Below are positions 42,088 to 53,934 of a DNA stretch of 64,000 nucleotides, one piece after another. Origin of the DNA: Eledone cirrhosa (Eukaryota); NCBI GenBank assembly GCA_964016885.1, contig OZ024741.1, positions 147,126,001 to 147,190,000 on the forward strand, written 5' to 3'. The notes below the pieces were generated by a model. That model saw only the letters and a list, made by a program, of their open reading frames with translations, did not search any database and had not been told where the DNA came from. Both the position numbers and the translations under genes were made by a program. Each line of letters begins with the position of its first letter. The stretch's first letter is position 1.

Positions 42088-42570
42088 AAGAATCAAAGAA
42101 CTGCTCAAAACATTATTGTGCTTACAGCTGTTTCCTCCAAACCGAGGTTTGGATTCTTCGGAGCAATTTATTAATGCATGGACAGTTATATGACCTCCTT
42201 TTCAGCCGAGAGACATACCAATACATATTCAAACATTGATACATATTCAAACATTGTGGGTCAACATTCATTACAGAATTTAGAGTGGCAGTACACACTT
42301 CGAGATTACATTTATATTAATAGGTACAATCAAAAATCAAAGATATAGGTTAAAGTACAACATGAAGATAAGTGGTTATATAGTGCAAATGTTATATGTG
42401 TGGCAGAGAGATATGTGTGGTAGAGGCACTTCAGTCTCTCGGCTGAAAAGGAGGTCATATAACTGTCCATGCATTAATAAATTGCTCCGAAGAATCCAAA
42501 CCTCGGTTTGGAGGAAACAGCTGTAAGCACAATAATGTTTTGAGCAGTTCTTTGATTCTTATATTTCATA
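42079..42570. ncRNA. Fold-back unit, about 135-bp identical arms, each with a variant hammerhead motif
   Basis: tgct-CCGAAGA(42487)-atccaaacctcggtttggag-GAAAC-AGCT-GTA-agca; diverged third copy at 42969-43016(-). Confidence 0.7.
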
Positions 42571-43310
42571 TAACTGCTCTGTAAATCATCTGATGTTTTT
42601 ACATTGAGCTACTTAACTTACTGGTAATAAGGTAGTAATACATTACTGCCTACCACTATTTAGGGTGTGTGTAAAATACTTACAACTGCTTAAGGTTTTG
42701 TGTTTACATAACCATAAATAGTATAACTAATACTATATATATATATGCATATATATGTATATATATATCATATATATAAATAAATGAAACAGTTCTAGTC
42801 TTGTAGAAGGCATTTCTATATTAAATATTTATATATATATATATGTATGTATATGTATGTGAATTTCGTATATCTAAATATATACAGTAAATTCTAATTA
42901 TATTTATATATATATATAGAGAGAAAGAGAGAGATTACATGAAACAAAGTTCTGTTTAAATCATTTATTTGCTTACAATTGTTTCTTCCAAACCGAGGTT
43001 TGGAGTGTTCGGAGCAATTATTCAGTGATTTTTAACATACTTGACATCCTTTTCAACACAAGAGACATATAGAAACATATGTATATATTGACCCACAGTG
43101 GGATGACATCCATTATAATAATATAGCATGGTAATTTACATACAAAGATTACAGTCATATTAAAGGACAAAATTAAAGTTAAAATTAAAATTAAAATTAA
43201 AATAAAACATTGGCAGTCTACTAAGATAAAGCAAAAGGAAAGTTTGGAGTAGCCAGTGTTTGCAACAGTCACACGTGTGTCCTATTTATACAAAATTATA
43301 GTGCCGCACT

Positions 43311-44243
43311 ATCGATTCTCTCTCTGATTAGTTGCGCTATTACTTTTTCCGTGACCTTCATGATCTGGTCGATTAATTTAATGCCTCTATAGTTACTCCT
43401 ATCTAGGGCGTCTCCTTTAACCTTGTAACAGTTAACGATGATGCTGCTAAGCCAGTCCTTCGGAACAACCCCATTCTGTATGACTTGGTTTACTATCCGG
43501 GTGACCATGGTGTGTCCCACCGTTCCAGAGGCTTTCAGCATCTCAGCAACTATTTCCGAAGGCCCAGCCGCCTTACCCGTCTTCATATCTTTGATTGCCT
43601 TACTTATTATACTACCTTCGACTAACACTGCTGGACCCTCTATTGGGTCTATGTGTGGGAGACTGTCTTTCTCCCATTTATTCTCCTCATTTAGTAGCCT
43701 TTCGTAGTGACACTTCCAAGCTACCTTCTTATCAGCGTCAGTGATGGCAAGTACGCCATCATCGTTAAGTACACACTTCTCCCCGACAATATCACGGTTT
43801 TCCTTGACACATTGCCTAGCAATCCTGAACACCTCACGTTTTTGGTCCTCGCGTTGTAGAACATGCTTGAACTTTCTTTCCTCTGCTTCCCTTCTTGCAA
43901 AGTACACTTGTCTCCTAGCTTCCCTCCTGGCCACTTGATAGTCTTCTCTACTTCCCCCATCCCGCCATGCTTTCCAAGCCTGCTTTTTGGCCTTGATTGA
44001 CCCCTCCACCTTACTGTTCCACCACCATGTTACTCTCCTCCTGCCTACAGGCCTGCTCCAGCCACAGACTTCGTCTGCCGCCATCAGCAGGTTTGCTTTC
44101 AGGAATTCCCACTGTTCCTCTACATTGTATGACTCTAATTGCTCTTCCTTACTGTCGAAAGCATCAAGTAATATGCTTTGAAATTTATTTCTGGCTGTGG
44201 GATCCTTTAGCTTCCATATTTTTCTCCTGAGGATAGTCCTCTT
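43311..44243 (-). mobile_element. RTE LINE internal fragment (linker and RT N-terminus), open frame of about 310 aa
   Basis: IWKLKD, TWWWN, WKCHYERLLN, MKTGKAAGP, KGDALDRSNYRGIKL motifs; truncated at both ends. Confidence 0.9.
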
Positions 44244-44342
44244 ATATATATATGTATATATATATAATTTGTGTGGGATGCTTAAAGCATCCGTATGTGG
44301 TAGGCCGTTTGAGCACTCAATGCTCTTACAGAGCAGAGTATA

Positions 44343-44586
44343 ATATCACATAAGAAATGGAGAATCAGTGGAGCGACGAATTAAAATTTATTAGACATAC
44401 TACAATTCAAAGCAGAGTTTCCATTTTGGAAACTCTGCTTCGAAGTATCTGAGGATCTTGCGATTTCAGAGTCAAGTTCGATCATTGCATCGATCGTGCA
44501 TCGAGCTGGTTGCCAGAGAAACGATTATAATATGTTTAATAAATTTTAATTTGTCGCACCACTGATTCTCTATTTCTTATGTGATA

Positions 44587-44587
<1 letters not shown>
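44343..44587 (+). ncRNA. Fold-back unit with hammerhead-like motif and extra internal hairpin
   Basis: About 63-bp arms; CTGAGGA at 44449, GAAAC-GATT-(A/G)TA at 44518; hairpin aagcagagtttcc/ggaaactctgctt at 44409-44440. Confidence 0.55.
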
Positions 44588-44618
<31 letters not shown>

Positions 44619-44644
44619 CTCAAGGAAACAACATCACCCAAATT

Positions 44645-45050
44645 GAAGGTTGTGAGTTCAATTCTCAATTGAAGGTTAAGTTCAATTCTCAGACTGGGTG
44701 ATGTGTTGTTTCCTTGAGCAAGACACTTTATTTCACATTGCTCCAGTTTACTCAGCTGTAGAAATGAGATGATAGAGGTTCCTATCATTCCACTGCAAAA
44801 AAGCACCCAGCCCACACTGTAAAGTGGTCATGTAGGCGCCACAGAAGAAAGCACCCAGCACTCACTATAAATGAGGTTGGTGTTAAGAAGAGCATCCAGC
44901 TGTAGAAATCAAGCCAGAATCAGTTCCCGTATGAGCAAGACAAGGTCAGCTGACCAGACACTGCCCACAACAGGACAACCCATCTAACCCATGCTAGCGT
45001 GGAAAAATGGATGTAAAACATTGATGACGATGATGATGATGATGATGATA
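44645..45050 (+). mobile_element. 5'-truncated composite V-like SINE with long RTE tail
   Basis: Duplicated B-box segment, V-like domain, tail matching 47060-47305, (GAT)n end. Confidence 0.8.
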
Positions 45051-45110
<60 letters not shown>

Positions 45111-45202
45111 CAAAAGGGATATTCAATTTGTTGGTAATTCAACAAATATAAATGTTTAAAACTGATTTAGAGCACTCAACAGGTTTTCTGGAGTATAATA
45201 TT

Positions 45203-45571
45203 CAATGATATTAAATACATGGAAACTATATTTATAAAACCATATTTATTCTATTATATATATTTCAAGGGATACCAAAACTTTTTTCAGCCCTATACCT
45301 CAACCTCATTTGCATACTCATCTTAATAATTTGAAATATCTGACTTTTCTTCTCTTATCCCTTCACTATCTAAGGAAAACTTGAACAGTTAAGGTATCTT
45401 TTTTTGATGATGTCAAAATTTATAAAACAAACTTTGTATTTTATCTGATGAAGGAGTACCAAAGTTTTGATACCCTTAAAATATATATAATAGAATAAAT
45501 ATGGTTTTATAAATATAGTTTCCATTTATATATATAGTTTTATAAATATAGTTTCCATTTTAATATCATTG
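45203..45571 (+). ncRNA. Fold-back unit with hammerhead motif
   Basis: ttttat-CTGATGA(45445)-aggagtacc...taccctt-(G>A)AAA-T-ATAT-ATA-atagaataaa; the left arm keeps GAAA. Confidence 0.6.
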
Positions 45572-45620
<49 letters not shown>

Positions 45621-45624
45621 ATAA

Positions 45625-46164
45625 GGTGACTTAATTAGCATAATAGCTAGAATGAGTACAGGATGGAAGAAGTTTAGAGAGCTACTCCCACTGTTGATAA
45701 GAAAAGTTTTCTCTCTACATACAAAAGGATCACTGTATGACACCTGTGCTTGAAGTGCAATGCTTCATGGTAGTGACTACAGAGGACATGCATAGACTGG
45801 ACAGAAACGAAACAACTATACTTCATTGGGTATGCAATGTAAATGTGAGAGAAAGGCTGAGCTTGGATGAACTGAGAGAAGCTGGTTTTATGAGAAATCC
45901 AAGGTGGTGTGCAAGAGAGAAGACTCTGTTGATATGGACATGTGATGCGCATGGATGATGATCGATAGGTAAAGAAATACCAGGAAATGCCAGTGGAAGG
46001 AAGCCGCAGTAGAGGTAGACCAAGAAAGACCTGAGCAGAGGTGGTGAGAGCTGACCTCAAATCGCTGAGACTCACAGAGGAGATGACCAAAAAATGCAGC
46101 GAGGGGAGAGATGCAGGGCTGACGAGGACTTATCCAACCCAGGCAAGCAAAATCAATGATGACA

Positions 46165-46165
<1 letters not shown>
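45625..46165 (+). pseudogene. Degenerate RTE 3' fragment
   Basis: GWKKFRELLPLL, GHVMRMDD, VEGSRSRGRPRKT motifs across frames. Confidence 0.8.
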
Positions 46166-46210
<45 letters not shown>

Positions 46211-46267
46211 CATTATCATGATCATCATATATGTATATTTGTGTATATATATGTATATATATATATA

Positions 46268-46386
46268 GGAAAAGAGTCAGGACGTGGGCGGCTGACCACC
46301 GGCCATTTCGACAGCTAGTTCTGAACTGTTCAGAACTAGCTGTCAAAACGGCCAGAGCTCAGCCGTCAGGGTCCTGACTCTTTTCC
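46268..46386. repeat. GC-rich imperfect palindrome after a TA tract
   Basis: ggaaaagagtcaggac...gacagctagttctgaac-t-gttcagaactagctgtc...gtcctgactcttttcc; related motif at 58600-58630. Confidence 0.8.
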
Positions 46387-46487
46387 CATTACCCACTCTA
46401 CTACCCATAGTATCGAGTACTCTGATGTGTTATGGTCCACCTGGTTCCTTACCACACTTCCTTCATTATATATATATATATATATAT

Positions 46488-47305
46488 AAGAAGTTCAGGG
46501 AGCTACTGCCACTGCTAGCTGCAAAAGGCTTTTCCCTCAAAATGAAAGGCAGACTGTATGATGCATGTATACGAACAGCAATGTTATATGGTAGTGAGAC
46601 CTGGGCACTGTCTGCAGAAGACTTGCGTAGATTAGAAAGAAACAAATCTTGCATGCTCCGATGGATGTGTAATAGTAATATACGCAAACGGCAAAGCATA
46701 AACGAATTGAGAGAGAGACTGAGCATAAGAGGAATCAAATGCTGTGTGCAGGAGAGGTGGTTGTTTTGGTATGGACATGTGATGCGTATGAAGGATGACA
46801 GCTGCATAAAAAGGTGCAGAGCACTAGAAGTCGATGGAAGCCGCGGAGTGGGGAGACCCATGAAGACCTGGGATGAGGTGATAAAAGCCGACCTTACCCA
46901 ATTGCACCTCTCAAAGGCAATGACACAGGACTGTGACTTCTGGCGTCACGCAGTAATACAGAAGACCCAACTTCCCATGGGTACAAGCTGAAGCTGAAGC
47001 ATATAGACAATATGCCCCACCCCCTCTCACTACAAAGTGGTCGTGGAGGTGCCATGGCAAAAAAGCACCCAGCCCACACTGTAAAGTAGACGTGTAGGCG
47101 CCATGGAAAAAAAGCACCGAGTACTCACTGTAAATGAGGTTGGTGCTAGGAAGGGCATCCAGCTGTAGAAATCAAGCCAGTATCAGTTCCCGTATAAGCA
47201 AAACAAGGTCAGCTGACTGGACACTGCCCACAATCAGGACAACCCGTGTAACCCATGCTAGCGTGGAAGAATGGATGTAAAACGGTGATGCTGATGATGA
47301 TGATG
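46488..47305 (+). mobile_element. 5'-truncated RTE LINE with intact ORF C-terminus, 3' UTR and (GAT)n tail, inserted in (TA)n
   Basis: KFRELLPLL...LYGSETW...WYGHVMRM...GRPMKTW. Confidence 0.92.
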
Positions 47306-47310
47306 ATATC

Positions 47311-47406
<96 letters not shown>

Positions 47407-49061
47407 CATGTGTGTGTCTGTATATATGCATAGGTATTTACCTATCTATGGTAGGGCTAATAATGCTGTTAGAACTCCATGTAGTATGAATGTAAAAACT
47501 CAATGAGATCAATGAAAACAAAAGGTGAAAATTAGTGTTTAATTAGTTCATTGTTTGACAATCGTTTCATATTATGATAAATTGATATAGTGACTAATCA
47601 ATAGTAGTTATGTAACCACATATTATTTGACTCAATATTATAGATCCATCTCACCATCTTCATGTGCATGTCTGTATTAAGTTTGACTTATTTGTGCATT
47701 ACCATTAACTTCATTAGATGTAAGAATGACTAATTCTTCAGATGTCTTTTCAATAAGTGAATAAGTGACAAGATCTGGAGAGGTGGTTACAAAGTGGATA
47801 CAAAAAGCCTCCATTGGTTGGTTCCTGTCATATGGTGGTTTTGAATGATCAGTGACATTTTCTTTTCAGTTGCTAACCACTTGCAACTCAACCTCCCTCT
47901 TTTGATACATATTCAGAATGCATCAGTATAGTTAGCCATGTTTACATCTCACAAAACTACTAGTAATGTATGAACAAGTCAAACTGTTAATACAAATATT
48001 TTTAACTACTACATTATGTGTTAATTGCTCTTCCATTTGTTTGTATCTATGCTCTGTATCATGATCATCTATTTCATATATATATATATATGCATATACA
48101 TATATATATTTGATGCAACCCATGCAAGCATAGAAAAATGAATGTAAAATGATTATGATGAATATTAAATATATATATAATTTATCATCACACAATACAC
48201 ATATATGCTGATATGCATATATTTGTGCATTGAGGAATAACAAATATTATACATATATTTATAATTTTAAAACAACCACTACATCTAAAATGCCGCAAAC
48301 CTCAAAATAAACTAAATAAATACAATTTGGTGGTGGTTGTGGTGGTGATAGAGACATTAAAATCTAAAAAAATCATGTTTAGTTGAAATAATTAGAACTT
48401 TTAGGAACAGCAACTGTAACTGTAAATTCACCAGAATTGGGAAAATTTAGTTTTATTTATATTGTAATGGTATATTTTGTTAGTTTTCTGTTGTATTTAT
48501 ATGCTGTTGTTGCTGTATTTATTTGTTGCTGCTGCTGCTGAATATGTTGTTGTATGTTGTATTCATATATTGCTTTTTTATTGTGATTTTCTACTGAAAA
48601 ATCCACACTGCTTTCTCAAGTTTATGTCAAATATAATTCTGAAATGATTTACAATCAAATTAAAACTGCAAGATTTTTTTTCCTTGTTTTCACAGACGAG
48701 GAATTTTCTTCTAGTTCAATTGACAATATATCCCTACCTTGTCCCCTATCTTTTTCTCTCTCTATATATATATATATGTATGCATGCATGTGAGTATTTA
48801 TATCAGTTAATATGTGTGTGTGTAACCACATAAGGTGGGGAAAAGGGCAGACAATTGAACAATGGTGAGGAGTTAAAACAAGGTAAACCAAATGTCAAAC
48901 AAGAAGACACGTGGTGGACAAAAGTATATGCACAATAATATGTAATTTTCATTTATTTCCTAATAATTCCTAATAATTTTTCTTTTGCACCACTCTTTTT
49001 TTCTTTCTTCTCCCCCCTTGTTTATTATATTGATTTTCTTGTAATTCTTTCATTATTATAT

Positions 49062-49446
49062 TTTGCCTTTCATCCTTACGGGGTCGATAAAATAAAGTAC
49101 CAGTAATACACTGAGATAATTGCTGGCCTTGTGCCAAAAGTAGAAACAATTATTGTATACATTGATGATGAGTATGTGTAGAACTATTCAGTGCCTTTGC
49201 TTGTGTTAAATCCAATACAACACCAGTCATCACGCAACAATGTATAAGTTTTCAGGTCCTCCCATATATTAGTTTCTACTTTAGGCACAAGGCCAGCAAT
49301 AACCCAGTTCATTACTGGTACTTTATTTTATCGACCCCGTAAGGATGAAAGGCAAAGTCAACCTCGGCGGGATTTGAACTCAGATCGTAAAGGGACGTAA
49401 GTATGCTGGAAAGCATGGCGTCCGACCCTCTACCGATACTGCCAAT
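49062..49446. mobile_element. Inverted pair of Nin-domain SINEs
   Basis: Partial + copy 49062-49150 and - copy 49270-49446. Confidence 0.8.
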
Positions 49447-49714
49447 TCAATATATTATCATTCCATCTCTTCCATGGCCTGCTACTTGAATACTCTGTGA
49501 ATGATAGATGTCTCCAGTTGGCAAACACAATATTGGCTCCCTCACTAACTTTGAAAAAATAATTCAAGTTAAAAAAACAAAATATTCTGTTGCATGATAC
49601 TTTTAAATAAATTAAAACTATTTTCACTTTCACCTAATCAGTATTATATACATATATGTAAATACTTTTAAACATTTTACATGTTTTTCCATATGTCTCT
49701 CTTTCTCTCTCTTG

Positions 49715-49762
<48 letters not shown>

Positions 49763-50554
49763 TATAATATACATATATGAAGAAAGAGAAAGAGAGAGTA
49801 ATGTTTTATATTTGCACACAGTTAAGCACACACATGCCTATATGTGTGCATTTACTGATAACTTCTACAAAATATATAAATGCATAGATATATATTATTA
49901 AAATAAAGCAATATACAGAAATGTCATAAAAATCAATATGAAAATGAAATAATTATTAAATTGGATTAAATGTAAGAATATTGATTTCTAGCACAGGAAC
50001 AAAATTGAACATTCTGTGTAGGGGAAAACTCATTCACATTGGTTCTCGTACTTCACTGGTACTTACTTTATAGATCTGAAAAGGGTGGAAGACAAAATTG
50101 ACTGACAAGATTAGAACTCAAACCAATGTCACTGAATACCTTACATTACTTTGTTCAGTATTCTACCATCAACATTTCTCCCATTTATTTTCTTTAACCC
50201 TTTTGTGACCATATTTCTAAAGAGATATGTTTTATTTAATATTTAAGATAATCAAGACTTTGAGGGGTTTAATAAAACAATCAATTACATCATGGGAGAG
50301 ATATTTCAGCCATTAGCTTCACTTTATATGTATCATTTATGATGTAGGAAATAAATAATATATGTAAAGTCAAGTTAATAGGTTTTTGCGTAATTTTGAA
50401 AAGCTAAACTGACTCTCTTATGATGTAATTACGTTAGTTTCAGCACATCGTCTTAGATCAATTTGCTTGCTAAACTTGTACAACTCCAAACGAGGAATTC
50501 ATATACCTTGTGAGTAAAATTTGGTAGGTAAAAACTATTTGGAAGCATGTCATG

Positions 50555-50604
<50 letters not shown>

Positions 50605-50682
50605 CACAAAAAGTTCAGTAAGTCCAAAGAAAACTGGTGAGAGAACCAAGGTCAAAATTCGATGCAGAGCAGAGTGTATTCA

Positions 50683-50849
50683 ATAAGAACAAAGTGATTT
50701 TTGTTGTGTTAACACTGGTCTGAGGATCAGGCAGACTTGGAGTCTAATCTGGGGTGCTAAACCAGATCACGAGCTGGCTGCTTGAAAAACATTTGTAACC
50801 AGGATTGAGAAATAAATCTCCTATGTAACACCTCCACTTTGTTCTTATT
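50683..50849 (+). ncRNA. Unit with short inverted ends and hammerhead motif (50715-50802)
   Basis: ctggt-CTGAGGA-tcaggcag...ctgcttga-(G>A)AAAC-ATTT-GTA-accag, AATAAA downstream; aataagaacaaagtg/cactttgttcttatt ends. Confidence 0.6.
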
Positions 50850-50997
50850 ATATATATATATATATATAACATGCTTCCAAATAGTTTCTACCTAACATAT
50901 TTCACGCACAAGGTTTAGGTCAACCCATAGTTCAGCTTGGTTCCAAAGCACACTTCTTAATCACACAGATATGTCTGCATCTCAATAATAATAATAA

Positions 50998-51385
50998 TAA
51001 TTGTTTCTACTTTTGGCACAAAGCCAGCAATTACCCAGTACATTACTGGTACTTTATTTTATCGACCCTGTAAGGATGAAAGGCAAAGTTTACTTCGGCG
51101 GGATTTGAACTCAGAATGGTAAGGGCCGTAACTCTATGCATCAAAGCATTGCGTCCGACCCTCTACTGATACTGCCAATCCACCATAATAATAATAATTG
51201 TTTCTACTTTTGGTACAAGGCCAGCAATTATCCCAGTGTATTACTGGTACTTTATTTTATCGACCCCGTAAGGATGAAAAGCAAAGTTAACCTTGGCAGG
51301 ATTTGAACTCAGACTGTAAAGGGACGTAACTATGCTAGAAAGCATGGCGTCCAACCCTCTACCGATACTGCCAATTCACCGCCCT
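50998..51385 (-). mobile_element. Tandem pair of Nin-domain SINEs
   Basis: Two head-to-tail minus-strand copies. Confidence 0.85.
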
Positions 51386-51796
51386 TATATAATAATAATA
51401 ACAATAATAATAATGACAGAGTAGTGATGTGGATAATGATGGGCATACTGACTATGCTGATGACGATGGTAGTAAGAACACGAAGTATAATTTTTCCTAA
51501 GAGTTTGATTGCAATTTTTCATTACTTTGGTTGTTCAATAAATCAATACTCATAGGTACATATTTATCTGCTGACTCTACTTCGATGAGTTTGTTATTTT
51601 GTTTTTGGTGGTGTTTTTTTTCTTACCTACTTCATGACTCCTCCTTTCTTATTCTCTGCCTCTTCCTCCCAATTCTTATTCTCCTTACTATATCACCTCT
51701 AATACTACTCATGTCTCTACAATATTCCACTCTTTCTGGATCTCCTCCACCCACTAATGTTATTTCTAATTACTGTATAGTTTTAAATATATACAT

Positions 51797-51859
<63 letters not shown>

Positions 51860-52248
51860 GTCTGTAATGGGTCCACTTTAATGGCATTATATAAAGAATC
51901 CCGCCGAGGTTGACTTTGCCTTTCATCCTTACGGGGTCGATAAAATAAAGTACCAGTAATGCACTCTGCGTAATTGCTGGCCTTGTGCCTAAAGTAGAAA
52001 CAATTATATAAACAATGACAGAAATTTACTTACAGAAATATTATTTTATTTTTTTACTGTTTTCAGCCATTAGACTGCAATCAGGCTGCAGCACCACCTT
52101 CAAGTTGATTATATTGGCCACAGTGCTTATTGTTTCAAGTCTGGTAAATTGTTTATCGATCTTTTTTAGCCAAACGGCTAAGTTTATGGGACACAGACAT
52201 GAAAAGAATTGAAAAACAAGGCACACGTACACATATTATATATATGCA

Positions 52249-52333
<85 letters not shown>

Positions 52334-52352
52334 ATGTATGTGTGTGTGTGTG

Positions 52353-52391
<39 letters not shown>

Positions 52392-52496
52392 GTATGTATG
52401 TATGTAAAATGTAAACAGAAATAACAAAAATAATCAAACAAACAGCAGTACATGGATGAAATATATTAGTTCAACGCCTGAAATAGCACGAAGAGA

Positions 52497-52533
52497 GTCC
52501 TAACATTTCGAACACTAGTCCTTCATCAGAAGA
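52497..52533 (-). ncRNA. Minimal hammerhead motif (family shared with 58433-58468)
   Basis: Minus strand: tctt-CTGATGA-aggactagtgttc-GAAAT-GTT-agga. Confidence 0.55.
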
Positions 52534-52654
52534 AAGAGTTTGAAATAGAAGATAAATAGATGGTAAAGAGTGATAAGAAGAAGGAACAGGGAAAAATGTT
52601 GACTTCTTTCTTTATGTATATATGTATACATGTATATATATATATTTATATATA

Positions 52655-52832
52655 TAGAAGTGGTAACACAACAGTTAGTTCACCATACCGAGAACAATTG
52701 TTTCACCTTAGCGGATCTTCAGCTCGTATTGGCCATCTGTGGTCATACTGATGACCAGTACCAGCTGAAGATCCACTAAGGTGAAACAATTGTTCTCGGT
52801 ATGGTGAACTAACTGTTGTGTTACCACTTCTA
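52655..52832. ncRNA. Fold-back unit with hammerhead motif in both arms
   Basis: tacc(g)ag-CTGAAGA(52765)-tccactaaggt-GAAAC-AATT-GTT-ctcggta; about 70-bp near-perfect arms. Confidence 0.75.
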
Positions 52833-52897
52833 CCAAACTCGTCCCATGGATTGAGTGCTCTACCACTACGGATATTACCTTCCAGTGTTCTACCTCC

Positions 52898-52940
<43 letters not shown>

Positions 52941-52944
52941 GGGC

Positions 52945-53230
52945 GGGTAAAATTCCCAAGATCCATGGACGAGTTCTCTCCAGCGGTCTCTGTCCCTCAT
53001 TATCGCTGCCATGTCCTGCGTCTCCAACAGATCAGTGTCTGTCCTTAGGGCATCAACATATGTTAACCTTGGTCTTCCTCTTCCAGTGTATCCATGTAGG
53101 GGCTCCCACAGGAGCACTGAGTGCAATGTCAACTCTGGATGTCGGTGAGCATGTCCAGCTAACCTCAGTCTCCTCTGAATCACTTTTGAGCTGACTTTTG
53201 GGAGGCTCCCATACAGCTCTGAGTTTTTCA
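52945..53230 (-). mobile_element. RTE LINE C-terminal fragment, second family
   Basis: RRLRLAGHAHRHPE...WEP.HG...RGRPRLTYVD...MRDRDRWRE. Confidence 0.85.
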
Positions 53231-53579
53231 TATATATTAAGAAAGAGGTCAACATTTCAGCATATTTTGTGTCAAAAGTTCAACATATTTTCTTATGGGC
53301 AAATCAATTGAGCTGATTGTAATCAATTAAATCTTCAAGCGGATCAATTGTGAAAAACATCTTATGCACGAATAAGAAAAAATAATGACCTGAAACTTCA
53401 ATTTCTTATTTAATATAAACACTCTGAACAGTACACCAATATTATAAGGATGACTGTGTTAATCCACACTTTTCAAAACTGAGTATCCAATTCACATAAA
53501 AGCGTTGAGAATTTAAATAGGTACCACCTGCAGTAATTATTATTACATACCAACTGGCTTATGTACACACACATATATA

Positions 53580-53776
<197 letters not shown>

Positions 53777-53934
53777 AGATAGTTAGATAGATAGATAGAT
53801 TCATCTAGCAAATTTCATTCACAAGACACTTGTCTAAGGCGCCACACAGTGCGACTGAAACTGGAACATTATAGTTGCAAAGCAAACTCATTCTTAACAT
53901 AATCATGTGTATACTTATATATACATATACAAAA

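Noticed and set aside
43296-44084. Longest ORF (262 aa) as a host gene
   Set aside because: Internal RTE ORF2 fragment truncated at both ends.
47550-47750. Minus-strand GAAAC-GATT-GTC as a hammerhead
   Set aside because: No properly placed CTGANGA with a matching stem I; at most a decayed remnant.
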